From the human T2T-CHM13v2.0 reference genome, Homo sapiens, in the NCBI RefSeq assembly GCF_009914755.1, contig NC_060928.1: a stretch of DNA of 64,000 bases. One strand, given 5' to 3'. Both the position numbers and the translations under genes were made by a program. Of this stretch, positions 44,617 through 58,346 are shown piece by piece. The notes beneath the pieces were generated by a model, which worked only from the letters and a program-made list of their open reading frames with translations, made no database searches and was not told the origin of the DNA. Positions within the stretch are counted from its first letter, which is position 1, and each line of letters opens with the position of its first letter.

Positions 44617-47600
44617 TGTGGTACCTATTAGTTGAATGCTAATTAACTTTTCCTTTTCATATGGTTCACTTCTCTGTTAAGCAAACAGATAGTTTTGCTG
44701 TTCATGTTTTGAGGTTAAACCTGGACTTTCCATGAGACATTAAGGGATTTGTATTTATTTTCGAGAAGGAAATTATACCATCAACTATTCCATCAACTAT
44801 AGCTTTTCCTTTGCATGCTCTTGCATGCACGTTCTCGCTCTCTCTCGGTCTCTCTCTCTCTCAGATTTTTATATTATACTCCTCACTATTTCTGAGCTTT
44901 ATTGTTTTGTTTGAAGCCATTTTGAGAAAACTAAAAGAGCAGAGCTAGATGTGTTATTTGATCTGATATCTTTTATTCCTGATACATAGGTTTGGTTTTT
45001 CCCAAGTGTCTTTTCAATCATTTTGATAACACTGCTCTTCAGAAATAGTTTTGAGCTTTAATTTGAGTTTAAGAAACTGCATAGTTTTGTGCTATGTTTC
45101 TAAATGTCCACTTTCACCTTTGTTGAACTCATTACTATCTTACTTTTTTAAGTTGGAAAGATGAATCCTGTAATTTGGTACATAATAAAGACTTCATTAA
45201 CTAATCTGTTTAAGATTGAATTTGAGCTATATGTTTTGAGAATGCACTTTGGGAAAAAATTACTATGACTTTCAATTATCTCACTATTGCCATGAATTAA
45301 GATGAAGATTTAAATGGATTTTTTTTTCTGTAACTTCAGAATTTCTTTCCTAGGCAGATGCTGGGCACATTGTACAGCATTGCACAACATGGCAGTTGTG
45401 TCCTATTTCCCCTAATTACCAACAGAAAGCTATGCACGGGTGAAGAAAGCCTTAGGAACATGCTCCTATAAATGGAGAAAAAAGAATGCCAAAGCTTTAC
45501 CTGTCAAAATACAAACTGTCAAAGACTGTATTTCAGTTTAATTCTTGATCTTCTATAATGATGTGGCAAGCTGTTGTTCAAAGTAAAGGTTAAGGAATAT
45601 TTAGGCAAATAGAAAAGTAGAATTCCATTTGCTTCACATAGCAACTGAAAAAGAAGAATGCATAGTCTCACTTTTAGGGTGAATAAAATGTAATTTTAAT
45701 TAGCATCTAATGCAGGATTAATGCATTAGCCTCCTAACTCATCTCCCAGTTAAACACATTCTAAGACAGAAATGCCTTTCAATATATGTCATTGAAAGGC
45801 CACATTAGGACTTCTTAGGCTGGAAGTCATTGAAAATGTGGGTCATCTAATGCCCCTGTTCTGATTTAGGTTCTCCAAAAACCTTCTGATTTTAATTGGC
45901 TTCCATATAGGTCTACTGTGGAGAAAGAATAAGTGGGTCAGATGAATATTGTTTAGAAAATAAGTTAGTCATATTTCAGTATATATGAAAGACTTACAAA
46001 TCTCACTGAAAATGAAGAAATTTGTACCATGGCTTTGAATTGCGATCTGAATTTTGTAAATGTGAATCTGAACTGAGTAATGGGATGGTGCTTAGTGTTC
46101 TCCTAATAGCAATTTTCTGAGTCTACAGTCCTAATGGCCTGACCTTGGATGGTGGTGAATTCACTAAGGTAATAACTATCACAACATGAAACCTCTTTAA
46201 AGAAAACTTGCTGGATATCAAAATTCTGTTTTAAATTTTTCTCTTTGAGTTTAAATTGAATTTCTGTGGTGTTTTCACAAAAGTGCTATGCTCAGTTTTA
46301 TGAACATAATGAACATCATTTTTTTTTACCTTTATGCAAATATTCTCAGCCACTATTAAGGCATTTTAATGAAAATTAAAATTTGATTTTTTAGCAACTT
46401 GCAGTAGCTTATAATGATAATATTGAATCAGGAATATATTTTTTGCAGAACAAAATGAAGGAAGTTGGGTAGTAGAGGTCCCTTCACCAATTCTACCCAG
46501 TGGCTATAAGAAGCAATACTGGGTTATTGCTTTGCTGTAAAATAAGAGAGAAATGTATGCCTCGTTGCCCCTCGCTGTTTGGCGTATTGAAACTTGCCTA
46601 TTAAATTACCCTTTACTGAGTTTCACCGTGCTCTCTCTGAAAATAAAAGCTAATTCAGCTTTCCTATATTTATGATAATGAAAAGTAATATCTAAAGTGG
46701 GGGTTTACTGTGCAATCATACATTCAAGTGATGTATTTACTTTCATAAACTAAAGAAGGTATTTAAGTGGTTTGCATTAGTTTTAAACAATTATCTTTTT
46801 GTATTCACTTGACCTAGTTAGATAATGATGTGCAAACAGATTTGATTTAATAACACATTAGTAAAATGTTCGGTGAAGTCTTAAAACAACTGCTTTTAAT
46901 ATTCCTGAACAATAGGAGGCTTTGGGTTCAGTCTCCTGTGAGGTGTGTGGTGCTTGTTTGCAATCAGCTCTGACATTTTCAGAGTCTTCTACTACAAAGA
47001 GATTCTATTTTGAAAACAATTATTAGGGAGCAGCTGAATGTGTATCCTCCATTGAGCACTAAGTTTTTGTTGTTTTCAGTTGTTGGTGGCCAAGATTAAG
47101 AAATGATTGAGAAAGCTTCCGTGTGTGCCATTTGATAGTTATACAAGATAATACTTTTTCACTTTTTAAAAATATCTTTCCCAAATTGGGATTTTGTAAT
47201 GTATTAATATGCTAATGACTGCTATGACTGTTTGTGTCCTTCCTCTACTGTATGATCTGCTTTCTAGTTGAAAATTAATAAAGGCTCCCAACTGGTCCAA
47301 AGTTTTCATCAATATGAGCAGATGTTGCTATTGTTTGTTTGGCTGGAGCATTTACTTTGAAAGATATGATCTGAGTTTGAAAATAAACTAAGCCCTAGTC
47401 CTATTTTTGTACAGTGGCATCAGGAAAATATTTTGTTTTGTTTTTATTTCAGTAGAAAACCAAGAAGAGTTACCTTATCAATTTTAGGATGTGAATTTCA
47501 GAAAGAAGTCATGATGGTGTTTTGATTTTATTCTTATATCAAAATCCTGCCAACAATAACAACAAAATACTTATTATATGTGGATCAAATGACAATGAAC

Positions 47601-47699
47601 TTACCACTGCTTTTTATAAACTGTGTGGTATGCTAAAATTTCCATCATTTTATCCATTTTGTAAAAATTTAACAATCTTGTAATACAAACTATATGCCA

Positions 47700-47890
47700 C
47701 TATTCAAATTAATTACAGGTTCATTTAAACATCATAATAACCCCACAGGATAATTACTTTACTATTATTATGCCCATTGTATAGATAAATAAGCTAATGT
47801 CCAGGCGGTTGTATAGCCTTTCCAACGTCACACCACAGATTTTTAACTCAGGCAATCTGCCTCCGCAGGCTGTTCTTGTATCTGCTAAAC
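47700..47890 (-). mobile_element. MIR
   Basis: ttcatttaaacatcataataaccccac...attatatgcccattgtatagataaat...ccaacgtcacac. Confidence 0.65.
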
Positions 47891-47917
47891 TATCCTGTGT
47901 TAAAAATTCCAACAGTT

Positions 47918-47919
<2 letters not shown>

Positions 47920-47962
<43 letters not shown>
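47920..47962. repeat. (TG)n microsatellite
   Basis: About 21 perfect TG units. Confidence 0.95.
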
Positions 47963-47964
<2 letters not shown>

Positions 47965-49649
47965 AATTATCCTAAGAATGCTAACCTCTTGGATATTTTT
48001 AATAAGTCCTTGCTTTAATGGTAAGACAGTGGACTTTCTAGTAGTGATACTGTTATTCTTTGACTGAAAATGTGGCCAAAGCTTCTGAGGAACATATATC
48101 CAAAAGAAAGAGAGCCTTCCGAGGCAGCTGGATGACATGACAATCCTGAAGATCAATGAGATGAAAATGTCATACTGCCACATTCATTTCATTTAACCTT
48201 TAAGTTTAAAACTTTCAATGAAAAGGAATCACTGAAAATGTTAGCATATAGTGTAAATACTGACCAGTCTTGTTTATTATCTTACATAAAAATAATTTCA
48301 ATAAATTGTATATAAATGTTATATATCCATTATATATGTAGGAGAAAATGAATTCTAAAGGAGAAACAATAGAAGAATCTGTGGTTGAGGCAAATTTATC
48401 TCTTTAAAGATACTTTATTGTTTAGAATCAACTATAGTACTAAGTGAATACGACTTAAATTTGTGATTTAAGGTGATTCCACAACTGACCAAGACATCAG
48501 GGAGATAAAAGGAACAATGATCAGTAGGGTATAAAATACTATCCAAATCTTAAAGGCAAGGTAACTTATTTCATCTTGTTACCAAAAATATTAAACTCTT
48601 GCTTTCCTTTAAGAATATATTCATAAGCAAGAAAAATGTGGCCTCTTCTATTGCATAGTTTATAATCTAAAGTTGTTGATTATGGCAGACAAAAATTAAT
48701 ATAGAAGTGTAAGTACATATAGAGAAAACAAAATATATAATTGTTTAAAATCTTGGACTGTATGTCAGTAGTTTAAAATTCTAAATGATGAAATTAAGCT
48801 TATAACTGTTACTCTTGTAGCCAGTTGATATTCGCCAAGTCATGCTTAACCCTTCTCAAATTTCAGTAGGAAATCAATATTTTGCAGTTTGCTCATCTTA
48901 AGCAGATGGTTATAGCAAAACCTCAGCTTGAGTTTATTTATCCATTGAACTTCTGGGGAAAAAATTAATGCAACATAAAATCAAATAAATATTTGAATAA
49001 TTTTTATAGGCATTATTATGATTACTATGCAGGATGATGCCTTGCCCTTGAGAAATTTGCATTTTATATTAAGCAATCTTCCATTTTATACGACTGCTGC
49101 TTGAGATGACACAAATATATCACAAGGACCTAATATTTTAGGCCTAGAAGGAACCTATAGGACAGCTCTGTCAATATCATCTAAGCAGGTGACAAGCAAT
49201 GTCATATCTATTTAGTGAAGCAAGTAAACAGAAAGAGGATTTCAAGATAGAAATAAAAGGTACAAGGATGCACAAATGAACCTTGTATGTGGTTTGAGAT
49301 GGCAATAGGACATGCAATTTAGGCTATCTTGTACTGCTTTAATATTAATGGATATAAAGTATATTGTACGTGAAACAAATGAGTTTCATCTCCATGAAAC
49401 TGAAAATATCATGGGGGATGTTTTAATTATATCATCTTCTGTAACATTTTATCATGAAATCAAAACATGTGGGACCACTATATTTTACATTTATCTACCT
49501 CAAGAGTGATGTTTCCAAAATTAAAACACAAATTTATTATAATTAGGAAATTAAGTGTTCTTTCAGAAACTCTTCATGTATTTTGTAATTCACATGAAGT
49601 TGAGCTTTTTGATTTTGAACATAAAAGTCTAGCAAGAATTTTTTCTTCG

Positions 49650-49957
49650 TTTTTTTTTTTTTTTTTTTTTTTTGAGATAGGGCCTAGCTCTGTCACCCGG
49701 GATGGAGTGCAGTGGTGCAATCTTGGCTTATTGCAACTTCCACCTCCCGTGCTCAAACCATCCTCTTACCTGAGCCCCCCAAGTAACTGAGGCTACAGGT
49801 GTATATCATCATGCCCTGCTAAGTTTTTTGTATTTTTGGTAGAGATGGGGTTTTACCATGTTGCCCAGGCTGGTCTTGAACTCCTGAGCTCCAGTGATCC
49901 ACCTGTCTCGGCCTCCCAAAGTATTGGGATTACAAGTGTGAGCCAAGGCACTCAGCT
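49650..49957 (-). mobile_element. AluJ-like
   Basis: Poly-T plus Alu consensus. Confidence 0.93.
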
Positions 49958-50723
49958 GAATTTTTTTCTTAATTTAGTATAGGTATTTGAGTTTGTTTTT
50001 GTACCATATTTATGTTGTAATCTACACACCTAAGAATATTATGGCTACATGCTTATATTATGCCCCTTGTGCTCTATTACTTATGTTTACTACTTATGTT
50101 TGTACCACTAAAGCTTCATTAAATCTCTGTATTGCCCCATTACAGCATATCCAGCCAAAATATTTAATACATGAATTTGCCTCTTATACCCTAATCTAAT
50201 TGCTACCCTGACTTCCTATTGTCAAATTGACTCATTGAATCTTGTCTTCAGATACTGCTGTAACTACTCCCTCAGTTAATTACACCTCCAGTCATTCAAT
50301 TTTTCAGGCCAGACAACCGATAATCACCTTTTCTCATGCCTCACACAACTTCACTGTTCTCACAGTTCTCTTCCTATCTCTATTGCCATTGCCAACAGCT
50401 TTCTTAAAGTATTTGTGAGTCCCAAGTTTCTTTTGTGTGGCTTGTTACTTTAGGTTGCTAACTGCTGAAGTCTAACTTCCCTTCAAAACTCCTTCCTAAA
50501 TAATGTCCAAAGAATCTTTCTAAAATGCAAGTAAGATTAGATCACTCCTTTACCTGAAATCGGGTCACAGTTGTTTATCATCTTTATGGTCATCTCCGTA
50601 CTCCTCAGAGTGGCATACAAGTCCTTTCTACTTTCATCTCCTGCTATTCTTTCATTTACTCTAAACATTTTATAGTTCTCTGAGAGATTCTCTGCTTTCC
50701 TATTTATCCTTCAAGACTCAGGT

Positions 50724-51172
50724 TGTATAAATCAGGCTCCAATCAAAAACAGATTTCACACTCAAATTACAGTATCTCAAGAAGAGTATACCACAGTGAA
50801 TCTGTTTACAAAAGTTTGGGCAGGGTGTAAGTAAGACATGAATGTTAATGCAATTATCTAGGTTAACACAAAAAGTAAGAGCTATTACAATCCTAAACCC
50901 AGAGGGGTGAGGGGAGACAGTGGTTATCTGAAACCAGAAGGAAAGACAGCTCTGTAGTAAAGGCTGACTGGAGAGGATCAGTGACCACAGGACATAGCAA
51001 ATTTGCAGGCAGAGGGCCAGGGGAATCAATACACTGAACACATTATTCTCCCCATTGGCTGAACCTCCTGAAGTCAGAGGCTTCCATAGGGCCCACATAA
51101 TCTGCCAGGTCAGGAAACCAGGGGGGATGATGGAGGTAGATCTGGAGAGCTAATAGAAAGTTTCCTAAAACA
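50724..51172 (-). mobile_element. ERVL-type solo LTR (LTR33/41-like) within L2 sequence
   Basis: tgtataaatcaggctcc...acagatttcacactcaaa...tttacaaaagtttgggcagggtgtaag; L2-like flanks. Confidence 0.6.
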
Positions 51173-51416
51173 AATCTGTTTTAGATTCTCCCCAAGTCTA
51201 GTTAGAAACTTCCTCCTTTGCTTTTCCATAGTCCATACTGTCCTATTATAACACTTGTGTTTTATCGTAATCACCTTTTCTTGGTCTGTGTCTTTCTAGA
51301 GCACACCACGTCCTAAGGCCCCCGGAAGACTTTTCCCTTACCCTTCCATTCCAATAAACTTAAATCAGCATCAAATATTGTCTTTTATTTCACTGAGGCC
51401 CTAGACTGTACTTTTG

Positions 51417-51419
<3 letters not shown>

Positions 51420-51447
<28 letters not shown>

Positions 51448-51465
51448 TTCACACACAGACACACA
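51420..51465. repeat. (CA)n microsatellite
   Basis: Direct inspection. Confidence 0.9.
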
Positions 51466-51775
51466 TAGCTGTAAATTATTGTAGTTACTTGCAGAAGATA
51501 AAATTGTACAACTCAATTATATAATGGGAAACTAAACATTATGAGAAACAGTTAATGTTATGAAAATGAAAGTATATAAAATATGTCTGGATCCTTCTTG
51601 GGGTGATCAAGAATGTTTGTAACAATATTCTAAGTAATTGCACATAGCATATAAAGGAAGAAAACCAAGCAACATGCCGTTGCTCTCTAATAAAGTATAA
51701 ACTTGAAATAGATATATGCAAACAAAAAATATGAAACAGAAGTTACAAAAAAAGTATCTTGGATGTGCCAAGTAA

Positions 51776-52140
<365 letters not shown>

Positions 52141-53647
52141 GGAATCCGTGTCATTTTTTTATGGACAGTTGGCATTTGCTCAATTTTATGTAAATGCAAT
52201 AAAAATACAACTTCATCTATTCCTCCAATGTATACAGTACCCCTTACCTCACGTACCCTCTGACATAGAAATTCTGAAGTTGCCATTAGAAATGTTACTG
52301 ATACATTACAAATAAGTCAAGGATACAGTGACAATAAATATGATAGAAATTTGTATAGTCACCTTAACTTAGTGTTATAAAATATGTCTTCTCTGATACT
52401 AACTTTGTAGCATGTTAAGCAAATTTCAAAATATTGAAAGGTCTATGCCAATCAATACATTTCACATAAATACAGCAGTATTATGCTCTAGGTTCCCAGA
52501 ATACATAAAACTTAATGGCTAGACATGTTAGAAAATATTAAGGTAATGCTGTTTTTGCACTGGATCTCATTCCTATCCTTGAGATGTCATATGTTTCAGT
52601 AAGGTCACAGAAAAACCTCACCTCAAATATAAGATTATATCCATGTCACATTTTGACAAACTGTTTTAGTCTCTGGAGAACTGTCTGCCTTCTTTATCTA
52701 CAAAGTTTCAGTACTTCTGCTGGAGAAAATGCATTTAAGTTTTCCCATTTTCCATAATTCAGTTTATTTTAATATAAAGTTTTGTTTTATATTCAGGTTA
52801 CTATATTGATATGTTTCTGTTATTTATTACTATTTTGTAGTTCTATTTATTTTGTGTTATTATTTCTTATCATTATATATTTTAGTTTTATTTTCCATTG
52901 TGTTTAATTAATAGGTATCTGAGGCTGATTTTAGATTTAAAATTACATATGTAGTCTTTCTCCCTTGTTTAACCTTGAGATAAGATTTATTTAAACAAAT
53001 TGCATATGAGCTACTCCTAAACCAAATAAGTTTAGTTTTGTGCTATAACCTGGAAGCTTGATAAAGTGGATCCTAGATCCTGATATCCTGGCAGTTACCT
53101 TGACTCAAAAAGTGAGGAAGTAAGACCCAGCATTCAGTTTCAAGCCTCTGAGATATCATCATGAAAGAAGAAACAAAAGCAATGATGTCTGTATACTTAA
53201 AATAGAAAACTAAGGTATACAGGGTATTCTTTAAAGCTTTTGAAAAAAAAAGTCTTTAAATTATGTGTTGAAATGATTACAAAAATTTATAACCACTACA
53301 GAGAGCTGCCAAGTTCATTTAAGATTGATTAAAACAAACTAACTTATAGTCTGGATCTATTTATCTGAGGAAATACATTTTTACCTGACACTGGACACAT
53401 TTAAATTACTGATAGTTTTAGCTTTGGAACATGGCTTGTGAAAGCTCCTGTCATAACAGAAAATTGTGCAATAGGGATTTAACAGGTTTTTTTGTAGCAT
53501 TGTGCTATAGCATGAATATTGTTTGTGCTTATTACAAGTTTCTGGTGATCTTGTTTGACTTTCCTACACATAACAAGGGATTTGGACAGTTGGAAAATCT
53601 GTACAAATAGTACCACTTGTGGTTTAATATTTAAAACAAAATACTGT

Positions 53648-53912
53648 GGCTGCAGTGTGCTGGCTTATGCCTGTAATCCCAGCACTGTGGGCAGCCAGAC
53701 CAGCCTGGGAAACATAGCAAAAACTTATCTCTACAAAAATACAAAAATTAGCTGAGCATGGTGGTGTGTGCCTGTGGTCTCAGCCACCCAGGAGGCTGAG
53801 GCATGAGGATGGCTTGAGCTTGGAGGTGGAGATTGCAGTGAGCCAAGATGGTGCCACTGCACTACAGCCTGGTTGATGGAGCGGGACCCTATCTCAAACA
53901 AACAAACAAAAA
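53648..53912 (+). mobile_element. AluJ-like with left-arm deletion
   Basis: Alu consensus with (CAAA)n tail. Confidence 0.88.
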
Positions 53913-53955
53913 ACCTACTTCTCTTTTAATTTTCCCTATTGTTTCATTGAGAGAT

Positions 53956-54300
53956 GTATTAATCTATCTGGGCTGCTATCATGAAGTGCCCAGCTTATAA
54001 ACAACAGAAGTTTATTTCTCTCATTTATGGATGCTAGGAGGTCCAAGATCAAGGTGCTGGAAGAAATGGTGTCTGGTGAGGCCCTGCTTCCTCAGTGGTC
54101 ATCTTTTTGCTGTCACCTCATATGGCAGACGGGGTGAACAAGTTCTCTGGAGTCTCTCTTATAAGTACACTACACCAAATAATGAGGCATCTACCCTCAT
54201 GATGTAATAACCTTCCAAAGTTTCTGTCTCCTAATATTATCACCTAGAGGGTTAGAATTTCACCATAGGAATTGGAGATGACACAAACCCTCAGATCATA
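53956..54300 (-). mobile_element. MLT1A/MSTD-type MaLR solo LTR
   Basis: gcttataaacaacagaagtttatttctc...gtccaagatcaaggtgc...gtgtctggtgagg...gacacaaac. Confidence 0.85.
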
Positions 54301-54463
54301 GAAAGTTATTTTTAATTGCCAAGGTAACAATTATAACACAGTCATTTCTGGTCGATATGTACTTGCATAAACAAGACTTATTTTTCATGCTATTCAACCA
54401 CGTCAGAATAAAGAAACAGACTGAAAGGACCGTGAGGTTTCTAAACAACGACTGTGGTTGCCA

Positions 54464-54830
54464 CATGTGTATCAAGAACTGTGAAGGTTCAATGTGCAAG
54501 CTGAAAAGTTTGCTGGATACTGTTTAATAAACAAAGGAAGAAGACATACGTCTCCTAGGCTGGAGAGAGAGAATTTTATTTTTCATAGCAGTGGCAGCAT
54601 CCATAGTATCAGCATTCACGTTGGTTTCACATATTTCCCAGGTCACACAAGAGACAGGGTGGAGGACCCAAATGGATACACAATAGGTTTGCAACACAGT
54701 TGAGAAATCTGTGATTAGGAAACTCAAATCTTTTATAATAGGCTGCAAGAAATCCCATGTCTTGCCCCAGAAGGAGGCAGTAAGCAAATCTGCCTTTTGC
54801 TGTAGAAGTTTATCTAAGAAAATATTAGCT
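54464..54830 (-). mobile_element. ERV LTR related to the 1394-1748 LTR family
   Basis: tgtatcaagaactgtgaagg...tgcaagct...gaagacatacgtctcctagg...gagagaattttatt parallels the first LTR. Confidence 0.55.
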
Positions 54831-55699
54831 GAATTAATTCTATATATTTTCTTATCAGATTGCATTAGAAAAAAATGTTCTGCAACTATAAATATATGTT
54901 AAAACCACTTGTTGAAACAGGACTTAAGGACACACTACTTAGATTAAATTATTTTGCATTACAACCAAATATTTTACTCTTAATCACCATGTTCCTTGTT
55001 AATTATTTCATAAATATAACAGTTTCCATGAAAATCAAACCATCCTAGTGACAGTCCTGAATATGAATATGCTCTGTTGATGCCACTTATGTTATCATCT
55101 TTATATAGGAGGCCAATATGGCATGGAATAAAGGAGATAAAACTATACATATTCAATAAAATTGTAGAAAAGAAGTTTCCTACCATGTTGCATGTGCATG
55201 TAAATCTTAGTTGCTTCTTCAGCCAAGAAGTTTGAATTTTGATGAAGGTGAAAATTTGGTATAAGATTGATTATTACACTATTACATTCCACTTTAGAAT
55301 AGTATATCTAACTTCTTAATTTATAAAAAAATCACATATATCATTAAACTCAACTGTTTTATTTAATGACTAAATTTTCATTTATTTAAGACTTGAAACA
55401 AGTATGAAGACTTTCTAGGAGCAATTATGACCTACCTTGACTGCTCTAAGAGTTTTCAGAGGATTATTCTAACATCTAAACACAACATAGATATCTGTGA
55501 GGGGAGCAAAATACATTTCGTTTGCCTATCTTTTATTTGCATTGCATATGAGCCATGTTCTAAGTGATTTTTTTTTCTATATAGATTTTAAGAAGTTTTT
55601 CTTAAAGGACATTACAAATTTCTAAGCCACTCACTCCAGCACAGTTCTTAGGAATGTAATTATGAACAACTAAAGACAAACGTTATAATGTAATACATT

Positions 55700-55872
55700 T
55701 CCTCTAATGCAAAATTAGCATGCATCTGAATTACTTGGAGGGTTGGGCAAAACATGGATTTCTGGGCCGCACCCCAGTTTCTCATTCAGTCATGCCAGAT
55801 AATTTACATTTCTAACAAGTTGCCAGGAGGTGCTCATATTGCTGGTCTAGGGACCACACTTTGCGAACAACT
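55700..55872. mobile_element. MER5A
   Basis: gcatgcatctgaattacttggaggg...ctgggccgcacccc...catttctaacaagttgccagg...gggaccacactttgcgaac. Confidence 0.85.
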
Positions 55873-55929
55873 ATTTTAAATAAAAGAGACTCAAGATGAT
55901 GGAGATGAAGCTGATGAAGATGACAGTAG

Positions 55930-56135
55930 CAGCCAACACAAACTAAGTGCTGTCCTGTTACTTGTCAGTTTGCTAAATTCTTTATGTGCATAAGCTCATT
56001 ATGTGTTGTGATTATTTTTAAGGAGAAAACTGAAGCTCAAAGAGGTTAGACAAATTGCCCAAGATCACAAAATTGAAAAGCATCAGAGCTAGTTTTTAAG
56101 CTGAGGCTTTTCTGACACCAAATCCTGTGCTTAAC
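55930..56135 (-). mobile_element. MIR
   Basis: gagaaaactgaagctcaaagaggttagacaaattgcccaagatcaca. Confidence 0.8.
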
Positions 56136-56599
56136 AAAGAATAGAAATAACTGCAGTCCATAAGGGCCTTTGGCTCTACAAAGCAGGTGGGAGAGATGCA
56201 CTGTGATTCAGGAGAGCCAGGCACAACCTGTGGTTCCTAGTAAGGGGTGAGAATTTTCATGTGTAGGAATTAGCCCTTGAAATCTAAGTACTTGAATAAG
56301 TCAGAAATAGCCCAAAGTCATAAAAAGCCCAGAAGCAAAACATAAATGACAGGATAATCACCAAATCAGGTCAGAACCAGGGTTTCTTCATAGTTTTAAT
56401 ATTTAAAAATAAATGGCTTCTGTTGCTTAAACAACAATATTTCTTCATCAAAATACTGGAGACTGAAATGGTGTACTTTCTGTGCTTTGTGCCCAATAAA
56501 AGTCCAAAATGATACATTTGCTGGAGTACCCATAAAAAGCAACATTAATCATCTGCTTGCAGAGACAAGGGCAAAGACAAAGTATCAGGGAACAGTGGG

Positions 56600-57045
56600 A
56601 TCTTTGTGGATGAGCCTTAAAATCTGAACCACAGGCCAAAACAAAACCATCTACCTTTACCTTTACCGACCTGATTTCTGTTCCTTGATCATACCAAGCT
56701 TGTTTCTCACATATGGACATTACAATAGCCGTTTTCTCTTCCCAGAATGCTTTTTATTTTAGTTTTTACCTGGCTGGCTCCTTCTTGCTATTCAGGTCTT
56801 AAAAGTTGCAGTCTCAGAGAGACCCATCTCTGATCACCCACACTTTGTAGCGCTTATCACAGCATGTTGCACCATATATTTTAGTTACTTATTTGTTAAT
56901 TATCTTTCCCTCCAACCACTACAATGAAAACTCTGTTACGAAGGGAATTTTTGCCTGCTTTTTACTACTATGTTTCTAGCACGTAGAGCAGTGTCTAACA
57001 CATACTAGGTATTCAGTAATTATTTTTTTGACTAGATAAATGAAG
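56600..57045 (+). mobile_element. L2 3' fragment
   Basis: ctagcacgtagagcagtgtctaacacatactaggtattcagtaattattt. Confidence 0.7.
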
Positions 57046-57104
57046 GAGGGAAGAAAAAAAGAAAACAGACATTGTAGTAGTTGAACTCTTAATTTGTTTT
57101 CATT

Positions 57105-57315
57105 TTAATTATTTTTTATTTATTTATTTGTATTTGTATTTATTTATTTATTTTTTTTTTTTTGAGACAGTTTCACTCTTGTCACCCAAGCTGGATTGCA
57201 ATGGTGTGATCTGAGCTCACTGCAACCTCCATCTCCCAAGTTCAAGTTCTCCAGCCTCAGCCTCCTGAGTAGCTGGAATTACAGGTGCCTGACACCCCAC
57301 CCAGCTAGTTTTGTA

Positions 57316-57360
<45 letters not shown>

Positions 57361-57485
57361 TAGAGATGGCGTTTCACCATGTTGGCCAGGCTTGTCTCGA
57401 ACTCCTGACCTCAAGTGAACTGGCCGCCTGGACCTCTCAAAATTGTGTGATTACAGGTGTGAACCACAGCCCACAGCACCTGGTC
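57105..57485 (-). mobile_element. AluS-like with expanded middle A-tract
   Basis: Alu consensus with a ~40-nt T-rich linker at ~57316-57358. Confidence 0.92.
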
Positions 57486-57535
57486 TACTCTTAATGGATG
57501 ATTCACAGGGTTTTCATGCCCCAAATTTGTGCATG

Positions 57536-57569
57536 CACACACACACATACACACACACACACACACACA
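57536..57569. repeat. (CA)n microsatellite
   Basis: Direct inspection. Confidence 0.9.
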
Positions 57570-58274
57570 CTTTATAGTCTGTAGTGATGATCGAATGTCA
57601 TGCAGTTATGTAATTATATTCTCTCTAGTTTTTGCCCCTCCTCTTTTCCCTCAATGCTTAAAATAGACAAAGGTATATATATACACAATATCTTTGAAAA
57701 CTGCAAGCAAATTCCCAGTTCAAAATTTGTTCAATTTTTAAATTAGATTAAATCACCCTTGAAAGATAATTCACTCAGCTCCAGGAATAGTATGAATTAT
57801 GTAGAAGGCCTAAGACTAAATATTTTAATTCCACATTTCCCCTATGTCAGGGAAACCACCTAAAACCCAACCGCATATTTATATTCTTGTAATTAATTGC
57901 AGACTAATTTTATTCATGAAGTTATATTTGAACTAATAGTGACATCGAGAGTTAATTCTATTTGGCAGTGTATTTGGACTTTCATTTGGTATAGAATTTA
58001 AATCAAGGGATTTGAAAATAAAGTTAAGAGGGCAATTCAATTTTGATAAAAATTGAGTCAATGATGAAAGCGCATCCTGTAAGCTCTAATGTAAACCCAG
58101 TCTTTGAAAAATATCATGCATGGTACTTGGAAATTCTTTGAGGAATGAAAGCTTTTCATGTGTGATCTTCTTAAAATGGAATTTACGTTCAAATTCAATG
58201 GACCCATGTGCACAAAGAGTGATAATGCATCTGAAGAGTCTTTCTGGATTCTCTGTGTGAGTGCACTTGCATGT

Positions 58275-58346
58275 GAAGAGAGAAAGGAGGAGAGAGAGAG
58301 AGAGAAAGAGAGAAAGAAAGAAGGAAAGAAGAGGGAAGGGAGAGGT
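58275..58346. repeat. Pure purine (GA-rich) tract
   Basis: About 70 nt of G/A only. Confidence 0.85.
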
